A stretch of DNA of 36,779 nucleotides from a virus. Lineage: Duplodnaviria; Heunggongvirae; Uroviricota; Caudoviricetes. Where the stretch lies: IMG/VR virus record IMGVR_UViG_3300042922_000906, positions 104,054-140,832 of that record; one strand, 5' to 3'. Shown here in pieces: positions 8,832-15,823 of the stretch. The notes under the pieces are model-generated. The model saw nothing but the letters and a program-made list of their open reading frames with translations. It was not told the origin of the DNA and made no database searches. The position numbers were made by a program, and so were the translations under genes. The stretch's first letter is position 1. Every line of letters starts with the position of its first letter.

Positions 8832-9029
8832 ATGAGTCATTATTTACAACAAAAGAAATATAATTCTGAAGAAATTCAAGAGCAATATTTCGATATTCAA
8901 ACAGAAACACTTTGGATAATTACAAAATCATATGGTAATTGGACTCTTTACAATTATACAAAAAATAAAATGATTAAATCTGCTAATGAAGTACCTATTT
9001 TACATAAGAAAATACCGAATTATTTCTGA
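8832..9029 (+). CDS. Hypothetical protein
   Basis: 65-aa ORF; no HicB-like features seen. Confidence 0.65.
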   Translation: MSHYLQQKKYNSEEIQEQYFDIQTETLWIITKSYGNWTLYNYTKNKMIKSANEVPILHKKIPNYF

Positions 9030-9043
9030 AAGGTGGTGAAGCA

Positions 9044-9340
9044 GTGGAGATAGTCGAAGTAAGAGAAATTTTAGAATCGCTAAAAGAATCATCTGATGCA
9101 GAAAATGCTATTGAAGTAATTAAAGGATTAATATCTTCTGTTAGAGCATGTAATATATCGCAAGTAATAAATTCTCTAAATAATTCTTTAGCAGATTTTG
9201 CATTAGAAAATCAAAGATGCCCTGATTGCAATATGGAATTAATGGTTAATGAGTGGCAGGAACAAAGACCATATGGAGACACATATGCCTTAGAAACCAT
9301 GAATGGATTAAAGTGTCCTGATTGTTTCAAAACATATTAG
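9044..9340 (+). CDS. Hypothetical protein with C-terminal zinc ribbon
   Basis: Two CPDC motifs; GTG start with AAGGTGG RBS. Confidence 0.7.
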   Translation: MEIVEVREILESLKESSDAENAIEVIKGLISSVRACNISQVINSLNNSLADFALENQRCPDCNMELMVNEWQEQRPYGDTYALETMNGLKCPDCFKTY

Positions 9341-9397
9341 TTAAAGTAAAAAAACATAGAGAAGGGAGTAGAGTAGTAAAATAGCCGACATAGAAAA

Positions 9398-9670
9398 ATG
9401 CCCACAATTCAACAACAACTGTACAAACGAAAGAAGGTGACAGAGACGTGCAACTATGAAAAATACATTAACGAGCAAATTGATAAAGAATTGTCTGTCC
9501 GAAGAGCTTATAAACAGGAAATAAAATTACAGTTTCAAATGCTAATTGACAATTATTTCTATGATGCTGTTAATCAATTTATTGATGAAGGAAATGAATA
9601 TACTTCAGATCATAGTAGGTTTGCTCAATATTTAATGATTGGTTTGAAAAAGAGAATAGATAATACATAA
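9398..9670 (+). CDS. Hypothetical protein
   Basis: 90-aa ORF in operon orientation. Confidence 0.6.
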   Translation: MPTIQQQLYKRKKVTETCNYEKYINEQIDKELSVRRAYKQEIKLQFQMLIDNYFYDAVNQFIDEGNEYTSDHSRFAQYLMIGLKKRIDNT

Positions 9671-9687
9671 GGAAGAAGGAATAATTA

Positions 9688-9912
9688 TTGATAACTATAC
9701 TGTACAGTACAAATTGTCCGCAATGTAAAGTTTTAAAATCAAAATTAGATGAAAGTAATATTGAATATGAAGTATGCTCTGATACTAATTTAATGTTATC
9801 CAAGGGTCTAAAATCAGTACCAATGTTAGAAGTCAGTGGAAGAATTATGAATCTTAGTGAATCAGTAAAATGGATAAATTCAATAAACACCACACTCCAA
9901 GAAGGGAATTAA
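9688..9912 (+). CDS. Glutaredoxin/NrdH-like thiol oxidoreductase
   Basis: YSTNCPQC active site, SVPML cis-Pro motif, 74 aa, immediately before nrdD. Confidence 0.85.
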   Translation: MITILYSTNCPQCKVLKSKLDESNIEYEVCSDTNLMLSKGLKSVPMLEVSGRIMNLSESVKWINSINTTLQEGN

Positions 9913-9915
9913 TAC

Positions 9916-11736
9916 ATGCTAAACAACTATCAAAAGTATCTTAATTTTATTGAAAAATATAAAAAGGCAATAAATGCATCATCTGGAAGTGAAGTTGACT
10001 CAAATGCAAATGTTGAACATAAGAATGTAACTACACTTACAGGCGAATTATATAAAAAAGAAGCTATTGGAACAAATAGACTTATGATGGTTAATAAAAT
10101 TACTGAATTATTTGGTGAGGATTTAGCCATTGAATACATAAGACAACTAGAAACACATGAATTGTACCGTCACGATGAAACAAATCCGTTGTTACCATAT
10201 TGTGTAAGCATTACAATGTATCCATTTTTATTTAATGGTTTAGAATCTATTGGAGGGATATCGGCAGCACCCAAAAATCTTCATTCATTTGCAGGTGCTT
10301 TCATTAATCTAGTATTTGCCGTAGCTTCACAATTTGCTGGAGCGGTATCAACACCTGAATTTCTAACATATTTGGACTATTTTATTAGGAAAGAATATGG
10401 AGATGAATATTTTCTTGATGTTGATAAAATTGTCACAGTTTCAAGTAATCCAAAAACTATGAAAGATGAAATAGAATCTATTTTTCAACAAGTAGTATAC
10501 TCATTAAATCAACCTGCGGCAGCAAGAAATTTTCAAAGTGTTTTTTGGAATATAGCTTATTTTGATAGACCTTATTTTGAAGGTATATTTGATAACTTTG
10601 TTTTTCCAGATGGTACAACACCAATTTGGAATAGTATAAATTGGTTGCAAAAGGCTTTCATGAACTGGCTAAATGACGAAAGATTAAAGAAGGTAATTAC
10701 ATTCCCTGTTGAAACAGTTAATTTGCTCGACGATGGTATTGATTATGTTGATAAAGAATGGAAAAATCATGTTGCGATAATGTATGAAAGAGGACATTCC
10801 TTCTTTACATATAGAAGTAATAGTGTCGATTCATTAAGCTCATGCTGTCGCTTAAAAAATGAAATATCAGACAATACATTTTCATTTACATTAGGTGCAG
10901 GAGGCGTATCTACTGGTAGTAAAGGTGTAATTACAATAAATATTAATAGACTTGTACAAAACTGCAAAAAGAATAATTGGAATATTTCAGATGCCATTCG
11001 TAATCAAGTACAAAAGATTCATAAATACTTATATGCTTACAATGAAATTGTGAAGAGCAATTATGAATCAAAGTTATTGCCTGTATATGATGCTGGCTAC
11101 ATATCATTAGAAAAACAGTATTTAACTATTGGTATTAACGGATTTGTTGAAGGAGCTGAATTTTTAGAGATAAATATTTCACCCAATGAAGAATACTTTG
11201 TTTATGGTGAAAACGTTTTGAAACCTATATACGAAGAAAATAAAAAGGCAAAAACAAATGAAGTAATGTTTAATACTGAATTCGTTCCTGCTGAGAATCT
11301 TGGAGTAAAGAATGCAAATTGGGATAAAAAAGATGGGTATTTTGTTCCTAGAAATTGCTACAATAGCTACTTTTATATTGTTGAAGATGCGAACACAAAT
11401 CTTCTAGATAAATTTATTCTTCATGGTGAAAGATTAACTAAATATCTGGACGGTGGTTCGGCATTACATGGAAATTTAGATGAACATTTATCAAAAGAAC
11501 AATACTTGAAAATATTGGAAGATGCAATTAAAACAGGTTGTTCATATTTCACATTTAATATCCCTAATACAATTTGTAATAAGTGCGGTTTTATAAGCAA
11601 ACATCATCTATCAAGTTGTGAAAAATGTGGAAGTAATGATGTTGATTATATCACACGTATTATAGGATATTTAAAAAGATTATCAAGATTTTCTGAAGAT
11701 AGACAATCTGAAGCAAAGAAGAGATTTTATGAATAA
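9916..11736 (+). CDS. nrdD: Anaerobic (class III) ribonucleoside-triphosphate reductase, no ATP cone
   Basis: HDE..PYC, SSCCRL finger loop, TEFVPAE, zinc ribbon CNKC/CEKC, glycyl-radical motif TRIIGYL. Confidence 0.95.
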   Translation: MLNNYQKYLNFIEKYKKAINASSGSEVDSNANVEHKNVTTLTGELYKKEAIGTNRLMMVNKITELFGEDLAIEYIRQLETHELYRHDETNPLLPYCVSITMYPFLFNGLESIGGISAAPKNLHSFAGAFINLVFAVASQFAGAVSTPEFLTYLDYFIRKEYGDEYFLDVDKIVTVSSNPKTMKDEIESIFQQVVYSLNQPAAARNFQSVFWNIAYFDRPYFEGIFDNFVFPDGTTPIWNSINWLQKAFMNWLNDERLKKVITFPVETVNLLDDGIDYVDKEWKNHVAIMYERGHSFFTYRSNSVDSLSSCCRLKNEISDNTFSFTLGAGGVSTGSKGVITININRLVQNCKKNNWNISDAIRNQVQKIHKYLYAYNEIVKSNYESKLLPVYDAGYISLEKQYLTIGINGFVEGAEFLEINISPNEEYFVYGENVLKPIYEENKKAKTNEVMFNTEFVPAENLGVKNANWDKKDGYFVPRNCYNSYFYIVEDANTNLLDKFILHGERLTKYLDGGSALHGNLDEHLSKEQYLKILEDAIKTGCSYFTFNIPNTICNKCGFISKHHLSSCEKCGSNDVDYITRIIGYLKRLSRFSEDRQSEAKKRFYE

Positions 11737-12202
11737 TCAAAAACTAAAATATACAAATTATGATATTGTATTTCAAGAAGTTCCAGACGAAATATCACTA
11801 GCAATTAATATAAGTGGCTGCCCTCATAAGTGTGAGGGTTGTCACAGTGCTTACCTATGGAATTACGAAGGGAATTATATTTCAGAGGATATTGATAAGA
11901 TACTTAAAGAATACAAAAGCCTTATTACTTGTGTGTGTATGCTCGGTGGCGATCAAAATGTCGAAGAGTTAAATCAAATATTATCAGATATTAAGAATAA
12001 ATACTTTTTGAGAACATGTTTGTATAGTGGATTAGATTCAATCGATACTCTAAAAGAAACAATTCCATATCTTGATTATTTAAAGCTAGGAAGTTATCAG
12101 CATAAATTAGGTGGATTGCAATCTAAAAATACAAATCAAATATTCTATAAGATAATTAACAAAGAACTAATAGATATAACAAATAAATTCAAGCTGAAAT
12201 AG
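11729..12202 (+). CDS. nrdG: Class III RNR activase (radical SAM)
   Basis: CPHKCEGCHS (CxxxCxxC), overlaps nrdD stop. Confidence 0.93.
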   Translation: MNNQKLKYTNYDIVFQEVPDEISLAINISGCPHKCEGCHSAYLWNYEGNYISEDIDKILKEYKSLITCVCMLGGDQNVEELNQILSDIKNKYFLRTCLYSGLDSIDTLKETIPYLDYLKLGSYQHKLGGLQSKNTNQIFYKIINKELIDITNKFKLK

Positions 12203-12225
12203 TTTGATACATTAGTGAGGAACTT

Positions 12226-12405
12226 ATGAGAATTAAACTAAATACTGATAGTAAAAAGGTTGAAGAAATTAGAAAAGCAGTTGAAGAAAATAAAGGTTAT
12301 TGCCCTTGTAAAATTGAGAGAGTTATAAACAACTACTGCCCCTGTCGTGATTTCAGATATAAATTAGAATGCTGTTGTGATCTTTATATTAAAGTGGAGG
12401 ATTAA
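12226..12405 (+). CDS. Ferredoxin-thioredoxin reductase catalytic-subunit-like mini protein, 59 aa, not in ORF track
   Basis: MRIKLNTDSKKVEEIRKAVEENKGYCPCKIERVINNYCPCRDFRYKLECCCDLYIKVED; GYCPC, CPC and CxC (CCC instead of CHC); GAGG RBS. Confidence 0.8.
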   Translation: MRIKLNTDSKKVEEIRKAVEENKGYCPCKIERVINNYCPCRDFRYKLECCCDLYIKVED

Positions 12406-12408
12406 TAA

Positions 12409-12918
12409 ATGAATCAAATAATTTATTTTTCAAAAGTAAAACCTGATGCAGTTATACCAAGCAAAAGAAAAGAAGATGCCGGATATGATATTTATGCATG
12501 TTTTGAAGAAGATTATATAATAATTTATCCGCATGAAACAAAATCAATACCTACAGGAATTGCAAGTGCATGTTCAGATGATTATTATTTTCAATTATTT
12601 GAACGTGGGAGCACAGGTATTAAAGGAATAGGACAAAGAAGTGGTGTGATAGATTCGGGCTATCGAAAAGAATGGTTTGTGCCAATTACAAATCACAATG
12701 ACTCATACTTAGTTATTAGAAAAGAAAATGTATCTAATATGGATATATGGGGTCAAATAATGCCAAATAATGTAATTGACTATCCCTATGAAAAAGCAAT
12801 ATGTCAAGCAGTCTTACTTCTTGTACCAAAGGTTGATGTTGAAGAAGTTGAATATGAAACATTAAAATCCTTTGCTTCTGAACGTGGTATGGGATGTCTT
12901 GGAAGTACAAATAAATAG
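12409..12918 (+). CDS. dut: Trimeric dUTPase
   Basis: AGYDI, ERGS, GVIDSGYR, ICQ, RGMGCLGST motifs. Confidence 0.9.
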   Translation: MNQIIYFSKVKPDAVIPSKRKEDAGYDIYACFEEDYIIIYPHETKSIPTGIASACSDDYYFQLFERGSTGIKGIGQRSGVIDSGYRKEWFVPITNHNDSYLVIRKENVSNMDIWGQIMPNNVIDYPYEKAICQAVLLLVPKVDVEEVEYETLKSFASERGMGCLGSTNK

Positions 12919-12922
12919 CAAT

Positions 12923-12938
12923 TAAAAGAGATATTTTA
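12923..12938. repeat. TAAAA-N6-TTTTA inverted repeat (spacer GAGATA)
   Basis: Intergenic between dut and the next gene. Confidence 0.55.
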
Positions 12939-12955
12939 TGTGCTAAATCAAAAGG

Positions 12956-13183
12956 ATGGTGAAAATGAAAGCATTAAAATTAAGCATATTATGTTTCTTC
13001 TCAATATCAATAATAACATTTATAGCAGGAACATACGGTTATATACATTGGCGAATTATTGGTGATCAGAAAACAAATCCATATATGTATTTTATGTTTG
13101 GACTTATTGGATTGGTATGGACTGTGGTATCCGTAGTAAGCTATGTTGATTGTAAGAAAAGAACTAATAATTTTAAATTATAA
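12956..13183 (+). CDS. Small membrane protein with two predicted TM helices
   Basis: Two hydrophobic stretches (ILCFFSISIITFIAG, YMYFMFGLIGLVWTVVSVV). Confidence 0.65.
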   Translation: MVKMKALKLSILCFFSISIITFIAGTYGYIHWRIIGDQKTNPYMYFMFGLIGLVWTVVSVVSYVDCKKRTNNFKL

Positions 13184-13214
13184 ACCATTTACCATTAAGA
13201 AAGGTTGTGTCTAT

Positions 13215-13388
13215 ATGAAATGCACATCGAATTGCAGATTTCTTTGTTCCATAAATCAAAAAGGCAAGCCATATTGCTCACGAAAAGGTGAAGATATTAA
13301 AGATATACCTAAAGAAATATTAGGAAGTTGTTTAAAGTTCGTAGATAGAAGTTACATTAGGCATGACATTCTTAATGGTAAATATTAA
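13215..13388 (+). CDS. Small Cys-rich hypothetical protein (likely start ATG 13215, 57 aa)
   Basis: AGAAAGG RBS before 13215; CTSNCRFLC...YC...C; ORF track start 13143 overlaps the upstream gene. Confidence 0.6.
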   Translation: MKCTSNCRFLCSINQKGKPYCSRKGEDIKDIPKEILGSCLKFVDRSYIRHDILNGKY

Positions 13389-13396
13389 AATGCTTT

Positions 13397-13415
13397 ATCT
13401 ACAATAATATAATAT
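13397..13415 (+). promoter_or_regulatory. Copy 5 of repeated 19-bp motif (ATCTACAATAATATAATAT)
   Basis: Intergenic, upstream of thyX RBS. Confidence 0.6.
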
Positions 13416-13436
13416 AAATTATGAAAGGATGTTCAA

Positions 13437-14069
13437 ATGAAGATTATTAGAGCAGAATATGAAATTTTATCCTTAATCAACAAAGAAGAAATTTTAAAAT
13501 CAATCGAGATTGCAGGAAGAACATGCTATAAAAGTGGAGATAAGATCACCGAAGATTCCGCTAGTAAATTTGTAAGGATGCTTATAAATCGTGGTCATGA
13601 AGCTATGATAGAGCATCAATCTATCACAGTAAAGATTATTTGTGATAGAGGAGTATCCCATGAGATTGTTAGACATCGTATAGCTTCATATGCACAGGAG
13701 AGTACAAGGTATTGTAATTACAACAATGATAAATTCGGTAATGAGATTACTGTGATTGAACCTGTATTCTGGAAATCTGATGATAAATTCAGAGAATATG
13801 AGTTGTGGAGAACTTCTTGTATAGTGGCAGAGGACACTTATAGGGAACTCCTTAAAATTGGTTGTACTCCACAAGAAGCAAGATCTGTATTACCAAATTC
13901 ATTAAAGACAGAAATAGTTGTGACTATGAATTTACGCGAATGGAGACATTTTTTAAAACTTAGAACTGCTAATGTAGCACATCCTCAAATGCGAGAAGTC
14001 GCTATACCACTATTAAATGAATTAAAAGCAAAGTTACCAGAAATTTTTGAAGATATTATAGTTGATTAA
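13437..14069 (+). CDS. thyX: Flavin-dependent thymidylate synthase
   Basis: GHEAMIEH, SHEIVRHRIASYAQESTRY (RHRx7S), EARSVLP, HPQMRE. Confidence 0.95.
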   Translation: MKIIRAEYEILSLINKEEILKSIEIAGRTCYKSGDKITEDSASKFVRMLINRGHEAMIEHQSITVKIICDRGVSHEIVRHRIASYAQESTRYCNYNNDKFGNEITVIEPVFWKSDDKFREYELWRTSCIVAEDTYRELLKIGCTPQEARSVLPNSLKTEIVVTMNLREWRHFLKLRTANVAHPQMREVAIPLLNELKAKLPEIFEDIIVD

Positions 14070-14088
14070 ACGAAAGGATTACAATACA

Positions 14089-14646
14089 ATGCTGAAAACA
14101 AAAGTCTATTTATTCTCTGGAAAAGCCAGATCAGGTAAAGATACGGCTTGTGAATATTTTAAGACGCTACTAGAAAAAGATAATAAAAGCGTAGCACATA
14201 CTTTATACGCAAAATACATAAAAGGATACGCCATAGACTTTTTCGGATGGAATGGTAGCGAAGAAACTAAACCAAGAGAATTTTTGCAAAGAATTGGCAC
14301 TGATGTAATAAGAAAAAGACTTAATAAACCAAATTTCCATGCAGATAGAATCTGCGAAGATATTGAAATATTATCTGATTACTTTGATGCATTTTTGATA
14401 TCAGATGTTAGATTCCCAAATGAAGTTTTAATACCAAAAGAAAAGTTCGGTAAAGATGCAGTTACTATAAGAATTATTCGTACAAATTTTGAAAGTGATC
14501 TGACTCCAGAGCAACAGGCTCATGAAAGTGAAACTGCACTGGATGACTTTAAAGGTTTTGACTATGTAATTAAGGCCAGTAACCTAGAGGAGTTGTATAC
14601 ACAACTTAATGAAATTTATATAAAAGAAGAAGGAAGTGAAATATGA
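14089..14646 (+). CDS. Deoxynucleoside monophosphate kinase-like P-loop kinase (likely start ATG 14089)
   Basis: SGKARSGKDT, REFLQRIGT, ISDVRFPNE, HESET; AAAGGA RBS at 14073-14078. Confidence 0.8.
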   Translation: MLKTKVYLFSGKARSGKDTACEYFKTLLEKDNKSVAHTLYAKYIKGYAIDFFGWNGSEETKPREFLQRIGTDVIRKRLNKPNFHADRICEDIEILSDYFDAFLISDVRFPNEVLIPKEKFGKDAVTIRIIRTNFESDLTPEQQAHESETALDDFKGFDYVIKASNLEELYTQLNEIYIKEEGSEI

Positions 14647-15209
14647 TTAAGCAAAACCTATTTGTAGATTTTGATAACACACTTGTAAATTCAACTCAAA
14701 GAATTGCTGAACAATATAATCAAAAGTTTGTAAACCATCCTGATTTTAGACCTGCAAAGTGGTGGGAATGCACAGATTATGAAATGAAATCAATTTGTCC
14801 ATTAATGACTCATGAGGATAAAATGGAATTCTTCAATAGCTATTCTTTCTTCGACGGTTTGGAATTAATTAACGAAAATACATATGATGTTATGAGAAGA
14901 TTAAATGAAAAATATCAATTGCACACTCTATCAATTGGTCAACCTAGAAATTTGGGATTGAAGGCTTTGTATCTTGAATTTAAATTACCATTCATTAACA
15001 ATTATATTCTTCTTAAAAATAGTAGATGTCAAATGAACAAATCTATAGTTGATGCGAGAGGTGGTATTATAATTGATGATATGCCTGAAAATCTTTCAAC
15101 ATCTTCAGCGGAACTAAAATTACTCTTCGGCGATGAATATGAATGGACTAAATCCGATACATATAATAGATATGTCAATTGGACAGATATTGAAAGGAAA
15201 TTACTATGA
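14643..15209 (+). CDS. HAD-family 5'(3')-deoxyribonucleotidase-like protein
   Basis: VDFDNTL (DxD) and IIDDMPENL motifs. Confidence 0.8.
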   Translation: MIKQNLFVDFDNTLVNSTQRIAEQYNQKFVNHPDFRPAKWWECTDYEMKSICPLMTHEDKMEFFNSYSFFDGLELINENTYDVMRRLNEKYQLHTLSIGQPRNLGLKALYLEFKLPFINNYILLKNSRCQMNKSIVDARGGIIIDDMPENLSTSSAELKLLFGDEYEWTKSDTYNRYVNWTDIERKLL

Positions 15210-15283
15210 TAAATAAATTAGCTAAAATAATCCTTGATCACTTATATAAACATAAAGTAAAAGAGAGGAAACTCAGAAGATGA
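15206..15283 (+). CDS. 25-aa basic micro-ORF (MINKLAKIILDHLYKHKVKERKLRR), not in ORF track
   Basis: GAAAGGA RBS; ATGA overlap with both the upstream stop and the downstream start. Confidence 0.5.
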   Translation: MINKLAKIILDHLYKHKVKERKLRR

Positions 15284-15498
15284 CTTTTTGGTTAATAGTA
15301 TCTTTCATAGGTGGAGCAGTGTTTGGATTTGAATTAGTGAATATTGCATTTAAGTCTAGATTTAAAGAATTAAAAAGTGAAAATGAAAAATTAAAATTGA
15401 AACTTAGTGCATCTGAAGAAGCTATTAGGGTTTTAAGAGAGAATCAGAAATATACAACATATGATAGTAATGGACAACTAAAAGAATATAATACATAA
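15280..15498 (+). CDS. Small protein with N-terminal TM helix and coiled coil
   Basis: FWLIVSFIGGAVFGF followed by heptad-like charged segment. Confidence 0.7.
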   Translation: MTFWLIVSFIGGAVFGFELVNIAFKSRFKELKSENEKLKLKLSASEEAIRVLRENQKYTTYDSNGQLKEYNT

Positions 15499-15502
15499 GG
15501 AA

Positions 15503-15518
15503 TAAAATTGGAATTTTA
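15503..15518. repeat. TAAAA-N6-TTTTA inverted repeat (spacer TTGGAA)
   Basis: Intergenic, just after the stop of 15280..15498. Confidence 0.55.
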
Positions 15519-15584
15519 TTGGGTGGAATAAATTTAATAAACAAATAATACATATTTTATAGGAGTAAGAATAATAGAGGTTAT

Positions 15585-15740
15585 ATGAAAAAAAATGTAT
15601 TGGGGTATTTCTTTTGCATTGGATTGCTTGAAAAACTATTTAAAGACGGTGTAATAACTGAAGAAATAGTAAAAAGAGGTACTAATTATTATAAAGATTT
15701 TTACAAAGTCAATGAAAGGGATATTACTCAAATAGAGTAA
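15585..15740 (+). CDS. 51-aa SHOCT-like protein upstream of the integrase, candidate recombination directionality factor; not in ORF track
   Basis: MKKNVLGYFFCIGLLEKLFKDGVITEEIVKRGTNYYKDFYKVNERDITQIE; GAGG RBS; L..L...G.ITEE pattern. Confidence 0.65.
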   Translation: MKKNVLGYFFCIGLLEKLFKDGVITEEIVKRGTNYYKDFYKVNERDITQIE

Positions 15741-15755
15741 TATTTTCTTTTTTAT

Positions 15756-15784
15756 TTGCAAATAAATATATGGTATTATATAAT
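15756..15784 (+). promoter_or_regulatory. SigA-type promoter of the integrase, TTGCAA-N17-TATAAT
   Basis: -35 at 15756-15761, -10 at 15779-15784; each hexamer sits inside a perfect palindrome. Confidence 0.65.
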
Positions 15785-15823
15785 ACTATTGCACAAATGA
15801 TATAAATAAATGCGAGGTATCAT

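Noticed and set aside
8832-9029. HicB antitoxin next to hicA
   Set aside because: Sequence lacks the HicB N-terminal RNase-H-like pattern and any DNA-binding tail
129-14069. Introns or inteins in dnaE, recD2, nrdD or thyX
   Set aside because: All are continuous ORFs of ordinary length with no intein splice or LAGLIDADG motifs recognised
12409-15209. Hypermodified-base pathway
   Set aside because: No hydroxymethylase, deaminase, glycosyltransferase or PurZ-like gene seen; ThyX plus dUTPase points to ordinary thymine DNA
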